Assembly: GCA_012510855.1 (NCBI GenBank)
Contig: JAAZHE010000011.1
Coordinates: forward strand, 1-50,097
DNA: 50,097 nucleotides
Direction: 5' to 3'
Source: Bacillota bacterium
GTDB lineage: Bacteria; Bacillota; Limnochordia; DTU087
A program made the position numbers and the translations under genes. The first letter of the stretch is position 1; every line of letters starts with the position of its first letter. The notes below the pieces were generated by a model that ran no database searches, was not told the DNA's origin, and worked only from the letters and a program-made list of their open reading frames with translations. Positions 19,363 through 29,513 of this stretch are shown piece after piece.

Positions 19363-21117
19363 CTAGGAGACATCCAGTGCTGGCGTCTTGGTATTGGCCT
19401 CTACCAGCTTGGCGTAGAGACCGCCGAGGGCGATGAGTTCCCTGTGTGTGCCCTGCTCAACGATCTCACCCTCATGGAGGACCACGATCTTATCTGCATT
19501 CCGGATGGTGGACAAGCGGTGGGCAATGACGATGGTGGTACGGCCCTTGACCAGGTTCTGCAAAGCCGCGGTGATCTGAGCTTCAGTTTCAGTATCTACT
19601 GCCGAGGTTGCCTCATCGAGGATGAGGATCGGCGCATCATAGAGGATAGCTCTGGCGATGGCCAGCCTTTGCTTCTGGCCGCCGGAAAGCCTTGCCCCCC
19701 GCTCTCCAATCTCTGTCTCGTACCCATCGGGCATTGCTTGGATAAACTCATGGGCTTTGGCAGCTACTGCGGCTGCTTTGATCTCTTCCATTGTGGCGTT
19801 GGGGCTGCCGTAAGCGATATTCTCCGCCACCGTTCCATTGAACAGGAAGACATCCTGAAGCACCATACTGATGTGCTTCCGCAAAGAGGAGATTTTGATC
19901 TTCCGGATGTCCTGGCCGTCGATGAGGATCCGGCCTTGGGTGGGATCGTAAAACCTCGGGATCAGATTCACCATAGTTGTCTTCCCAACGCCGGTGGGCC
20001 CAACTAAGGCAACCATTTCTCCCGGCTCAATCTCCAGATTGATATTCTTCAATACCGGGGTTTCATCGTAGTTAAAAGAGACATTTTCAAAGGTAATGCG
20101 GCCCTTAACGTCTTTAAGCTCCACCGCATCAGGTGCATCTTGAATCTCGGGCTCAGTATCCAGAAGCTCAAAGTAGCGGTCCGCGGCGGCTAAAGACTGC
20201 TGGAGTCCCTCGTTAATGTGGTTCAGGCGCATGATGGGCTCATAGAAGGAGCCGACATACAAGAGGTATCCAGTGATATCAGCAATAGATATCTGATCTT
20301 TCAGGGCCATAAGGCCGCCAAACAAGGCAACGGCAACTGTACCGATGCCGGCAAAGAAGTCTATCCCGCCGTGGAAACATGCGCTGATGGATACCGCCTT
20401 AGTAATGGCCTTAGCATGGGAGACAATCCGGGTACCGATCCGCTGTTTTTCCTTTTCCTCTTGGGTAAAAACCTGGATTTCCCTCATGCCGGAAAGGTTA
20501 TCTTGCAAAGTAGAGTTTAGATCACCCAGCCTTGCCTGGGCCTGGCGGAATAAAGGCCGGACGTAGCGGTTGTACATAATAAACCCCATGATGATTAGTG
20601 GAATGGGAATTAGGGTGTAAAGGGCCAGGCGCCCGTTGATGGAAAAGAGGACAACAAATACCCCGACAACGGTCAGAATACTGACTGCTATCTCTGGAAT
20701 GGCATGGGCGATGAGCGCCTCAAAATTGGCGGTGTCGTTGACCACCCTGGACATGATCTGGCCGGTTTGGGTCGCGGTGTAGTACTTGGGAGACAGCCTC
20801 TGCAGGTGTTCATACACCTTTTGCCGCGCCTCTGCCACACTGCCCCAACCCGCCACATGGGTAGTCCATGTCTGCAGGGCCCGCAGGGCAGGGCGCACGG
20901 CATAAACCAACAGTAGAGCTGCCGATGTGGTTATAACTCGGCGGGCAGCCAATGTCTGATCAACCACTATGGTCTCTTCAATGGAACTCAAAAGACTTCT
21001 GATAAGCCACGGACCGGCTAAGGTAGCCAAGGTTGTGCCGATCATAGCTACAAGGGCAGCTGCCATCCAACTCCAGTACTTACGGGAAATCATGATGAGA
21101 CGGGCTATATGTCGCAA
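19363..21117 (-). CDS. ABC exporter, fused permease/ATPase (MsbA/multidrug type)
   Basis: A six-TM N-terminal domain is followed by an NBD with Walker A 'GPTGVGKTT', signature 'LSGGQKQRLAIAR' and Walker B 'ILILDEATSAVD'. TTG start at 21117 lies 8 nt after 'gaggtg'. Confidence 0.9.
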   Translation of the reverse strand: MRHIARLIMISRKYWSWMAAALVAMIGTTLATLAGPWLIRSLLSSIEETIVVDQTLAARRVITTSAALLLVYAVRPALRALQTWTTHVAGWGSVAEARQKVYEHLQRLSPKYYTATQTGQIMSRVVNDTANFEALIAHAIPEIAVSILTVVGVFVVLFSINGRLALYTLIPIPLIIMGFIMYNRYVRPLFRQAQARLGDLNSTLQDNLSGMREIQVFTQEEKEKQRIGTRIVSHAKAITKAVSISACFHGGIDFFAGIGTVAVALFGGLMALKDQISIADITGYLLYVGSFYEPIMRLNHINEGLQQSLAAADRYFELLDTEPEIQDAPDAVELKDVKGRITFENVSFNYDETPVLKNINLEIEPGEMVALVGPTGVGKTTMVNLIPRFYDPTQGRILIDGQDIRKIKISSLRKHISMVLQDVFLFNGTVAENIAYGSPNATMEEIKAAAVAAKAHEFIQAMPDGYETEIGERGARLSGGQKQRLAIARAILYDAPILILDEATSAVDTETEAQITAALQNLVKGRTTIVIAHRLSTIRNADKIVVLHEGEIVEQGTHRELIALGGLYAKLVEANTKTPALDVS

Positions 21118-21463
21118 TGGTTAATCACCTCGTTGGAAATTATTCTCGCCGCAAGGGAAAAATCCTCGAGGGTAGGAGAGTGAGGCACTGCGGCCGCTTT
21201 ACTTCCTTTTGGAATGGTATTCTTTGGACCTATTGGTGATTATACCTGATTATATCAAAGGAGAATGACACCCGCTCGGGTCAGGCCCACCCTGCTTCGG
21301 TTTGATGTGGCTATTAGACATTGACACTCAACGGTTTGCGGCTCCTCTTGTCGCCAACAAAATTCTCCTCGAAGCAGGAAAGCCCCGGTCGGGATAGAAG
21401 TGGAGGTCCATGGATTCGTTTCGTCAGGCCGGACATACTAAAGGGCTAAAGGAGGCAGATTAG

Positions 21464-22492
21464 ATGGCGAAAGATAAACTACGGGTGGCCATTGCCGGCT
21501 GCGGCATGATTACACAGTTTCACCTGAGGGCTATTGAGCAGATTCCCGAGCTTGAAGTTGCTGGCGTATGGGACATTGCAAATCATCTGGCCGAAGCCGT
21601 TGCGGAACAGTGGAATGTAAAGGCTTATGGTTCTTACGAGGATATGATAGCCGACCCCCAGGTAGATATAATTGATATCTGCCTGCCGGCGGGGGTCCAT
21701 GCCCAGTACGGCTGCCAGGCAGCAGAGGCCGGCAAGCATGTGATTGTAGAAAAGCCCATCGATGTTACTAAAGAGGCTGGAGAGCGGCTAATTGCCGCGG
21801 CCGACGAGGCGGGGGTCCGGTTGGCGGTGATACTGCAGACCCGGTTCGCTCCGGCGGTAGGCAAGGTGAAGAAAGCCTTGGATGAGGGGGCTTTAGGGCG
21901 CCTCCTCTACGGCGAGGCTGCCTTTAAGTGGTACCGGGACGAAAGCTATTACACCTCTAAGCCTTGGAAGGGAACATGGGAATTCGACGGAGGCGGAGCC
22001 CTGCTGGTTCAAGCCATTCATACAATTGACCAGCTCCTGTGGTTCATGGGCAGCAAGGTAAAGAACATTACGGGTTTTGCCCGGACCGTGCTGCATCCCA
22101 TTGAAGTTGAAGACCTAGCAGCGGCAGTATTGGAGTTTGAATCGGGAGCCCTCGGGTACATAGTCGGTTCCACCGCGATGAAGCCGGGCTTTCCTGAGCG
22201 GATAGAGCTCTACGGCGAAAAGGGCTCCATTGCTTTAGAAGCTGGACGGGTAGTCCGCTGGCAGGTAGAGGGAATGAACGAGGAAGATTATCTCGATCCC
22301 ACACCCAGAGGTTCCGGTAGTTCAGATCCCGGAGGAATCCCCGTGGAAAACCATACTGCCCAGCTGCAGGCCATTGCCAGAGCCATCCTAGCCGGAGAGC
22401 AGCCGCCGGTAAGCGGCCCAGAAGCCATGGTGTCTTTGAACTGCATCTTGGACATCTACCGGCTGGGCGGAATGGAGCCTAAAAGGAAATAA
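21464..22492 (+). CDS. Gfo/Idh/MocA-family NAD(P)-dependent oxidoreductase
   Basis: Rossmann 'LRVAIAGCGMITQFH' and 'GKHVIVEKPI' (EKP motif), plus the C-terminal alpha/beta domain. RBS 'aaggagg'. Confidence 0.85.
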   Translation: MAKDKLRVAIAGCGMITQFHLRAIEQIPELEVAGVWDIANHLAEAVAEQWNVKAYGSYEDMIADPQVDIIDICLPAGVHAQYGCQAAEAGKHVIVEKPIDVTKEAGERLIAAADEAGVRLAVILQTRFAPAVGKVKKALDEGALGRLLYGEAAFKWYRDESYYTSKPWKGTWEFDGGGALLVQAIHTIDQLLWFMGSKVKNITGFARTVLHPIEVEDLAAAVLEFESGALGYIVGSTAMKPGFPERIELYGEKGSIALEAGRVVRWQVEGMNEEDYLDPTPRGSGSSDPGGIPVENHTAQLQAIARAILAGEQPPVSGPEAMVSLNCILDIYRLGGMEPKRK

Positions 22493-22552
22493 GCTAGGGC
22501 TCAGTCGGCAAGGTGTGGGTGTTCAAAAGAGCGCATAATCAGCAGGACGAAA

Positions 22553-22575
22553 AAGAGGGGAGGAGCTCCCCTCTT
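22553..22575. terminator. Bidirectional terminator hairpin
   Basis: 'aagaggggag-gag-ctcccctctt' is a 9-10-bp perfect stem. AAAA(A) lies upstream on +, which is a TTTTT run after the hairpin on -. So it is a canonical terminator for the minus-strand VOC remnant. Confidence 0.7.
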
Positions 22576-22580
22576 ACTGT

Positions 22581-22778
22581 TTATGATTCGCGGTTTTCCT
22601 CCCAGAGCTTGCCCCTGTCTTCGAAGCTTACTTCTTTGTGAATCTGAAGCAGCATCCAGTGATATCCAAAGGGATCGCTGAAAGAGGCATTGGAGACACC
22701 GTAATCCGCCATTACGGTGACCGGCCGTACTTGGGTGCAGCCAGCACCGATGGCTTTGGCAAAGGTCTCCTCCGAAAT
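22581..22778 (-). pseudogene. C-terminal remnant of a VOC/glyoxalase (PhnB-like) family gene
   Basis: The minus-strand translation 'ISEETFAKAIGAGCTQVRPVTVMADYGVSNASFSDPFGYHWMLLQIHKEVSFEDRGKLWEENRES*' has the family-typical '..DPFG..W.l' end. A TAA lies just upstream and no N-terminal half or start codon is present. Confidence 0.5.
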
Positions 22779-22916
22779 CCTAGACTTATGTTTTTAATGC
22801 GATATTTTGTGCAAATCAGCAGGGATTCCCAGAGACTGCGGGGAAGCAAAAAAGTGGAAGCGCACCAATGAAGATGATCAAACGGTCCCATCAGCCTATT
22901 TGAATATGTATTAACA

Positions 22917-23615
22917 ATGGGGTGGTTCTTTGTGAAGCGCTCGGAGATAAATGACCTTATGCGTAAGGCAGTTGAGTTTACGAAAAAGATGGGTTTTCAT
23001 CTGCCGCCCTTTGCCTTCTGTGGTCCAAAGGACTGGGAAACCAAGGGTAAGGAATATGATGAGATCAGTGATAACATGTTGGGTTGGGACATCACTGATT
23101 TCGGCAGCGGCGATTTTTACAAGGTAGGGCTATTGCTGTTTACAATTCGCAATGGCAATTTCAATGACAGTAGGTATACCAAACCCTATTGTGAGAAGCT
23201 GCTGATCGTGGAAGAGGAACAGATTACTCCTTTTCATTTTCATTGGAAGAAAATGGAAGATATCATCAACAGGGGCGGCGGCAACTTATTGATTCAGGTT
23301 TACAATTCTACCCAAGATGAAAAATTAGCTGACACCCCTGTTCAGATCTCCGTAGATTGCCGCAACTACACTGCACCAGCGGGAACCATCGTCCGATTGA
23401 CTCCAGGTGAAAGCATCACACTGGGTCCCGGAGTCTATCATCAGTTCTGGGGTGAAAAGGGAACCGGCACCGTTCTCGTGGGTGAAGTGTCCAAGGTCAA
23501 CGATGACCGAGTGGATAACAGGTTCTTGGACCAAATAGGTAGGTTCCCAGAGATCGAGGAAGATGAGGAACCCTTGTATCTTTTGTGCAACGAATACCCA
23601 CCGGCAAAGGACTGA
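22917..23615 (+). CDS. D-lyxose/D-mannose ketol-isomerase (cupin)
   Basis: It is closely collinear with D-lyxose isomerases as I recall them: 'KRSEINDL', 'HLPPFAF', 'LGWDITDFG', 'TPFHFHWKKMEDIINRGGGNL', 'GEVSKVNDDRVDNRF', 'LCNEY'. The start is ATG 22917 or GTG 22932. Confidence 0.85.
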   Translation: MGWFFVKRSEINDLMRKAVEFTKKMGFHLPPFAFCGPKDWETKGKEYDEISDNMLGWDITDFGSGDFYKVGLLLFTIRNGNFNDSRYTKPYCEKLLIVEEEQITPFHFHWKKMEDIINRGGGNLLIQVYNSTQDEKLADTPVQISVDCRNYTAPAGTIVRLTPGESITLGPGVYHQFWGEKGTGTVLVGEVSKVNDDRVDNRFLDQIGRFPEIEEDEEPLYLLCNEYPPAKD

Positions 23616-24132
23616 GTTACAGGAGCTGGTTGAAATTCATCTTTCTATCATGGAGGCAGGGTCCTATTGCCAGGATTCTGCCTTTGTCATACCTTCTTGG
23701 CCTCTAACCTTTGACCTGCTTCTACTCCGCCGCCCAGCTGTAAATGTCCCACCTCCAACAGGTCGCCTACATCTATGGTTCAGATTCCCACACAGTGCGT
23801 AAGCGGAAAGCTCTGCTCAAGATGGCATCCCTAAAGAGACAGCTTAAAAGGGTTTGTGTGACTCCGGTGGTAACACTGCGTTGCATCATGGCGATGCATT
23901 TTTTTGATCACCAAAGAATAGAATATAATGCCTGCGATGGCAATAAATAGAAAGCAAAGGAGGTGGGCAGAAGAAGCAAGATAGCCTACAAGCCAAACAT
24001 GACAAAACCCAATGAAAAACGCAACGGGACCCGTTTCGTAGAGAAATCAGTACCAACCAACGAGGATGCTCGCGTCGACATAAGTGTGCTTTCGTGGGAA
24101 ATTTCTGTAGACGCAGGAGGGAGGATTTCTCG

Positions 24133-26037
24133 ATGAAGGGTAAACGCTGTATTTTCGTTATCAGCCTGGTGCTTCTTATTCTGCTGAGTCTCTGCGGGCT
24201 TGGGATAGCACAGCCTATGTACAAAGAGGCTCCAATGTTGGCGGAACTGGTTAAACAGGGCCAACTCCCGCCTGTAGAGGAGAGGCTGCCCAGTGAGCCG
24301 TTGGTCGTTGAACCTGTAGAGGTGATCGGTAAGTATGGTGGAACGTGGAATAGAGTAGCGCTTTCACCAACCGATACCCGGATCAGGGATAGGATGGGTT
24401 ATGAAACCCTGGTTAGATGGGGCAGAGATGGAGTCTCCATCGTCCCCAATCTGGCAAAATCGTGGGAACTAAAAGATGACGGAAAGACATATGTGTTCTA
24501 CCTAAGAGAAGGGGTCAAGTGGTCCGACGGACATCCCTTTACCGCTGATGACGTGCTCTTCTGGTATTACGATGTCATGCGGAATGAGGAGATTACCCCA
24601 GTATTTCCCGCTTGGCTGACGGCCGGAAATGAGCCGGTAGAAGTGGTAAAAGTCGATGACTACACAGTCGAGTTTAGGTTCGCAACTCCACACTCCTTGT
24701 TCCTCTACTACCTAGCCGGTCCAGATACCGGAGCCTTGATGTTTAACCATCCCAAGCACTACATGAAGAATTTCCATCCCAACTACACCCCCAAAGAGGA
24801 ACTGGATGCCAAAGTGGCGGAGGCCAAATTTGAGTCATGGTTCCAGTTGTATACCCAAATGGCTGAGCCCAACCTCAATAAGGATCTTCCTACGTTAAGA
24901 CCATGGGTGCTTCAGAGTGATCCTACATCCACTCGCATAGTTGCCGAGAGGAATCCTTACTACTGGAAGGTAGATCCAGAGGGCAACCAGCTGCCATATA
25001 TTGACAGAGTGGCCTGGGACATTGTCCAGAGTGTAGAGATGGCAGTCATGAAGGCGGTATCCGGAGAAATAGACATGCAGGGAAGGCACATGTCTATCTA
25101 TGATTACCCACTGCTAATGGAGAATCGGGATAAAGGCAACTATGATGTCTACCTATGGGATGAGGGCAAAGCGGGTACCGCTTTCTATATTAATCAGAAC
25201 GTAACCGGGGATGAAGAGACAGCCAAGCTGGTGCGCAGTATTGAGTTCCGGAAGGCTCTTTCCCTGGCCGTTAACCGAGACCAGATCAATGAGCTAGTAT
25301 ACTTGGGGCAGGCTTCAGCCTGTGAGCTCATGTATCCATATGAATCCCTTAGGAATGACCCGGAAATTAAGGCCCTGTATGAATATGACCCGGATGAAGC
25401 TGATAGGATCCTTGATAGTCTGGGACTCGACAAACGGGATGCCAATGGATTTAGACTGCTTTCCGATGGCCGTCCTCTTCAGTTGACTCTCCTTGTTGGT
25501 TTGGGATACCCGATGCACCCCGATGTTGCCGAAATTGTCAAGGTCCATTGGGAGAGTGTGGGTGTTAAAACCGGCCTGGATGTCGTCTCCCAGGAGTTGT
25601 GGTGGTCCCGGGTACAGGGTAATGAGTATCAAATAGTGCCCCATTACCTTGAGTTCTGCGAAGGGTTTATCGACATGAGCTATTCCAGCATGTGTATTGT
25701 TCCCTGCAGAGCCCTGACATACTGGGCTCCCGTCTGGGGGCTGTGGTATGAGAGTCAAGGCAGGAACGGCGAAAAACCCGATGGCGAACCCCGCAGACTG
25801 CAGGAGCTCTTCGATGAGCTGAGGGTTACTCCCGAACCCGAGGAGCAGGACCGGTTGGTGGAGGAGATCCTTGAGATATGGGCCAAGAATCTTTGGGTTA
25901 TTCCAACCGCAGGAAATTACAAGATCCCCATTGTGGTAAAAAGAGATTTCAAGAATGTGCCCAAAGAAGCAAGCTTAGCCTATCCGTATTGTAGTCCAGG
26001 TCACTTGAATCCAGAGCAGTTCTTTTTCGACAGATGA
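24133..26037 (+). CDS. ABC transporter substrate-binding protein, family 5 (Opp/Dpp/oligosaccharide type)
   Basis: ATG 24133 follows 'ggagggagg'. It has an N-terminal signal/anchor 'CIFVISLVLLILLSLCG', a size of ~635 aa and motifs such as 'GVKWSDGHPFTADDV', and it sits in the same locus as Opp-type permeases and ATPases. Confidence 0.85.
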   Translation: MKGKRCIFVISLVLLILLSLCGLGIAQPMYKEAPMLAELVKQGQLPPVEERLPSEPLVVEPVEVIGKYGGTWNRVALSPTDTRIRDRMGYETLVRWGRDGVSIVPNLAKSWELKDDGKTYVFYLREGVKWSDGHPFTADDVLFWYYDVMRNEEITPVFPAWLTAGNEPVEVVKVDDYTVEFRFATPHSLFLYYLAGPDTGALMFNHPKHYMKNFHPNYTPKEELDAKVAEAKFESWFQLYTQMAEPNLNKDLPTLRPWVLQSDPTSTRIVAERNPYYWKVDPEGNQLPYIDRVAWDIVQSVEMAVMKAVSGEIDMQGRHMSIYDYPLLMENRDKGNYDVYLWDEGKAGTAFYINQNVTGDEETAKLVRSIEFRKALSLAVNRDQINELVYLGQASACELMYPYESLRNDPEIKALYEYDPDEADRILDSLGLDKRDANGFRLLSDGRPLQLTLLVGLGYPMHPDVAEIVKVHWESVGVKTGLDVVSQELWWSRVQGNEYQIVPHYLEFCEGFIDMSYSSMCIVPCRALTYWAPVWGLWYESQGRNGEKPDGEPRRLQELFDELRVTPEPEEQDRLVEEILEIWAKNLWVIPTAGNYKIPIVVKRDFKNVPKEASLAYPYCSPGHLNPEQFFFDR

Positions 26038-26060
26038 GAGTAGATAAAGGGACTAAAAAA

Positions 26061-26090
26061 GCCAGGGGGTACACTCTGTGCCCCCTGGGC
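26061..26090. other. Intercistronic stem-loop after the binding-protein gene
   Basis: 'gccagggggtaca-ctc-tgtgccccctgggc' forms a ~13-bp stem. It is preceded by AAAAAA and not followed by a T-run on +. In the minus orientation it looks like a canonical terminator. Confidence 0.6.
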
Positions 26091-26209
26091 TATGCTAGAT
26101 GCAGCACAAAGCAGAATCAGCATATACTTGGCAAAAACCGGCATCTAGAAAATACGGGCCTGCGCTCCGAAAGGTGCGGGTTCAATAGACCAATCTCATC
26201 CTGGAAGGA

Positions 26210-27238
26210 ATGGCTGATGTGAAAAGAAGAGCTATTTGCTTTCTAGGCAAGGGTAAGGCGGTCCTGAAGGAAGAGGAAATACCTGGGGGCCTGATGCAAG
26301 ATGAGGTCTTGGTCCAAACCCTAAAGACCCTCATTAGCCCGGGGACAGAACTTGCCCTTTATACTGGGACCCATGTGGGGTTTAAGGATCCAAAGAATAC
26401 ATGGGCCAAATATCCTCATTATCCCGGTTATATATGTCTGGCTAGAGTTATAGAGATCGGTCCAGCTGTTTCAAATTTGAAAGTCGGCGATATTGTCTTA
26501 TGCAGCTTGAACCACTGCTCCCATGGAGTGGTGAAAAGCTCTGACTCCTTAGTAATCAAGATTCCCGATGACGCTGATTGGGAGGCCATGCTTTTTGCCA
26601 GAATGGCTTTGATTTCCTGCACAGCTTTAGTATTAGCCAGCTATTCCATCGGAGACAACGTTGCGGTAATCGGATTAGGGATCGTCGGCAATCTATGCGG
26701 GCAGCTCTTCCAATTGGCCGGAACAAACGTATATGGGATAGAAGTAGATCCTGGGAGGATTAGTCTTGCCAAGAGCACTGGGATAAGCCAGATCGTAGTT
26801 GGTGGGGAGACTTCTGATGTGAAACAAGAGCTCTTGGCTGCAACCGACAACTTAGGTATTGACATCGTGATTGAAGCTACAGGTATCCCCGGGCTTGTAA
26901 ATCAGGCCTTGGGACTGGTCAACAACCTGGGACAAGTCATAATGCTGGGTTCTACTCGGGGTCTTGTAAACATAGATGTATATACACATATTCATCGTAA
27001 AGGGCTTGTGGTCAGGGGGGCCCATGCGAACCTAATGAGTTCTCCCAGGGCAACTGGTGAAGCAGACGGAACGGGCAAATACCTAAGGAAGATGATTAAC
27101 CTTATCCACAATGACAGCCTAAAAGTGAAATCCCTTATAACCCATAGGATAACACCCGATGAGGCTGTGGACGCTTACAATTGGCTGCTTGAAAAGCCAA
27201 GTACAGCTTTGGGTGTGGTGATTGATTGGTGCAGTTAA
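26210..27238 (+). CDS. Medium-chain dehydrogenase/reductase (alcohol/polyol dehydrogenase-like)
   Basis: GroES-like N-domain ('VLVQTLKTLISPGTE', 'VGDIV') and Rossmann 'VAVIGLGIVGNL'. The usual catalytic-Zn 'GHE' position reads 'PGY', so it may be Zn-independent. An alternative start is GTG 26219. Confidence 0.75.
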   Translation: MADVKRRAICFLGKGKAVLKEEEIPGGLMQDEVLVQTLKTLISPGTELALYTGTHVGFKDPKNTWAKYPHYPGYICLARVIEIGPAVSNLKVGDIVLCSLNHCSHGVVKSSDSLVIKIPDDADWEAMLFARMALISCTALVLASYSIGDNVAVIGLGIVGNLCGQLFQLAGTNVYGIEVDPGRISLAKSTGISQIVVGGETSDVKQELLAATDNLGIDIVIEATGIPGLVNQALGLVNNLGQVIMLGSTRGLVNIDVYTHIHRKGLVVRGAHANLMSSPRATGEADGTGKYLRKMINLIHNDSLKVKSLITHRITPDEAVDAYNWLLEKPSTALGVVIDWCS

Positions 27239-27410
27239 TTGACCCAGAAGTTCACAATAGAGAAAGTCTTAGTCGATGGACATCGGTTTGCCTTTCTACG
27301 GTAAATATAATCACATATATTGTGAAGAGGGTAAGAGTAATAGCTAATATGGATTTAGCTGCCTTTATACTAAGGTGATAATGACCTGGCACAAGGAGGG
27401 GATGAGGTAC

Positions 27411-28604
27411 ATGGAAAGAGTCAGATTTGGTGTGATCGGTCTTGGTAACATTGGCCTTCACCATCTCAGCTATTTCCCAGAACTCAAAAATGCAGAGCTT
27501 ACCGCTATATGCGATATTGACAAGCGCAAGCTCACAGAGCTCAGGGCAGTAAGAGACTTTGACCATGCTACCGATGTCGGCTCTCTTGGCAGTGAGGTAG
27601 CCACCTTTACTGATTACGGGAAGATGCTAGATAGCGGCAAAGTAGATGCTGTACTCATCGCAACTCCACATTATTTTCACCCAGAAATGGCCATTGAGGC
27701 CTTTAGGCGGGGAATTCACGTGGTCTGTGAAAAGCCGGTGGCGATTACCGCTCGGGAAGCTCGGGAGATGAATACTGCCTATGCCGAATCTGGAGTTGTA
27801 TATGCAGCGATGTTTCAGATGAGGACCGATCCAGTATTTATGAGAATAAAAGAAATGCTGGAAGATGGCACCATAGGTGAAATCCGGAGAGTTAGCTGGA
27901 TTATCACCAGTTGGTTCCGTACCCAGGCATATTATGATTCCGGAGGTTGGCGGGGTAACTGGACCGGCGAGGGCGGCGGAGTATTGATGAACCAATGCCC
28001 GCATAATTTGGACCTCTTCCAGTGGTTCTTTGGGTTACCAAGACGGTTGAAAGCTTTCGCCTACCTAGGCAAGTGGCATGATATAACGGTAGAAGATGAT
28101 GTCTCTGTTCTGATGGAGCTGGAGAATGGGGCTCCTGCCGCCTTTATCACCACTACTGGTGATACTCCAGGCACTAATCGATTGGAGATTACGGGCAACA
28201 ATGGGAAGCTGGTACTAGAAAACGGTAAACTCACTTTCTTTGAGCCAGAGGCACCTGTACAGAAAATTTTAGAGGAAAGCCAACAGCATTTTTACTCTGT
28301 AAAGCCAAAGGTAATAGAGATCGAGGTAGAGTCTAAAGATCATGGACATAAGTATATTACCCAAAACGCCATCAACGCCATACTAGAAAACGAAGAATTA
28401 ATCGCTCCGGGAACCGAAGGGCTCAAGTCTGTGCAATTGGCCAACGCTATGCTCCTTTCCGGGCTAAGAGACAAGACCGTGGAGGTGCCAGTTTGTGAAG
28501 ATGAGTTTGACCAACTACTAGAAGAACTGCGGGAGCATGAACGCAAGCACTCTCCTGACAAAGCCTTCGATTGGGATGCATACTTGAACAGGCTTAAGGA
28601 CTGA
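27411..28604 (+). CDS. Gfo/Idh/MocA-family oxidoreductase (long form)
   Basis: ATG 27411. 'VRFGVIGLGNIGLHH' and 'GIHVVCEKPV' are present. 'WRGNWTGEGGGVLMNQCPHNLD' is typical of glycoside/inositol-type members. It has a C-terminal extension of ~60 aa. Confidence 0.85.
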   Translation: MERVRFGVIGLGNIGLHHLSYFPELKNAELTAICDIDKRKLTELRAVRDFDHATDVGSLGSEVATFTDYGKMLDSGKVDAVLIATPHYFHPEMAIEAFRRGIHVVCEKPVAITAREAREMNTAYAESGVVYAAMFQMRTDPVFMRIKEMLEDGTIGEIRRVSWIITSWFRTQAYYDSGGWRGNWTGEGGGVLMNQCPHNLDLFQWFFGLPRRLKAFAYLGKWHDITVEDDVSVLMELENGAPAAFITTTGDTPGTNRLEITGNNGKLVLENGKLTFFEPEAPVQKILEESQQHFYSVKPKVIEIEVESKDHGHKYITQNAINAILENEELIAPGTEGLKSVQLANAMLLSGLRDKTVEVPVCEDEFDQLLEELREHERKHSPDKAFDWDAYLNRLKD

Positions 28605-28654
28605 CCCTAATTTTTAGCTTTACTAACAGTATAGCTCAAGAGGGAGGTTATCAA

Positions 28655-29491
28655 ATGAAGTTGTCTATTTGCCACTACAGTTTCCACCGCCGCTGGGAAA
28701 AGGAGAAATGGACGCCCTTGAGGCTTTGTGAAGAAGTGAAGGCTCTAGGAATTGAGGCTGTTGATTTCCATGCCCGCTTACTGGGCAAGATGGACGGAGT
28801 TGTTGAGGAGATCAAGAGTGCGCTGTCCAAGACGGGGCTGGCTTTATCGGGCCTTTCCCTGTCTACAGATTTTAACCTTGAAGATCCCGAAGCCCAACAG
28901 AAAATGATCAAGAACACCATCGACTGGATGCGGGTTGCGGCTGAGGTCGAGGCTCCGGTATCGAGGATTTTTGGCGGTTATCTTGCCAACAGGCTGGAAA
29001 TCGATGAAGAGACCCGCAAGGCTGTTTATCAGAGGTTGATCGATGCTTTGGGAACTGTCGCCCGAGAGGCAGAGAAACTCGGCCTTGTACTAGCCCTCGA
29101 GAATCATGGAGGTCTTCCCTGTACTGGCGAGGAGCAGGTTGAAGTCATTGAGGCAGTTGGCTCGCAATATCTGCGGGCCACTATCGATGTGGGCAATTAC
29201 CTGCAGGGCGGTCAGGAGGCAGTTGACGGCACCCGGGCTGCGGCTAAGTACTGTGCCTATGTGCACTTTAAAGACTACAAGAAATATCCCGATCCGCAAA
29301 TGCCCTGGGGTTGGAACATTGAGCCCTGTACAGTGGGTAAGGGTGATGTAGATCATCTGGGCTGCCTCAGGGAGCTCCAAGCGGTAGGCTATGACGGTTA
29401 TATTGCCCTTGAGTACGAAGGGAAAGATGATGAAGCCGTTGGGGTGCCCGAGAGCGTCGAGTTCATGAAATCTGTAGTCGCGAAGCTCTAG
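28655..29491 (+). CDS. Xylose-isomerase-like TIM-barrel protein (sugar phosphate isomerase/epimerase family)
   Basis: 'VLALENHGG', 'ATIDVGNY', 'YVHFKDY' and 'YIALEYEG' give the E/D/H/E metal-site pattern of the AP_endonuc_2 fold. Confidence 0.8.
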   Translation: MKLSICHYSFHRRWEKEKWTPLRLCEEVKALGIEAVDFHARLLGKMDGVVEEIKSALSKTGLALSGLSLSTDFNLEDPEAQQKMIKNTIDWMRVAAEVEAPVSRIFGGYLANRLEIDEETRKAVYQRLIDALGTVAREAEKLGLVLALENHGGLPCTGEEQVEVIEAVGSQYLRATIDVGNYLQGGQEAVDGTRAAAKYCAYVHFKDYKKYPDPQMPWGWNIEPCTVGKGDVDHLGCLRELQAVGYDGYIALEYEGKDDEAVGVPESVEFMKSVVAKL

Positions 29492-29513
29492 CCTTTATCA
29501 GCCAGTCCATATA

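Noticed and set aside
22638-22871. 77-aa + strand ORF in the supplied track
   Set aside because: It is the antisense frame of the VOC-family remnant, with no RBS or family signal.
26034-26222. 62-aa + strand ORF between the binding-protein and MDR genes
   Set aside because: It spans the intercistronic hairpin. It has no RBS and a basic, low-complexity translation, so it is most likely non-coding.
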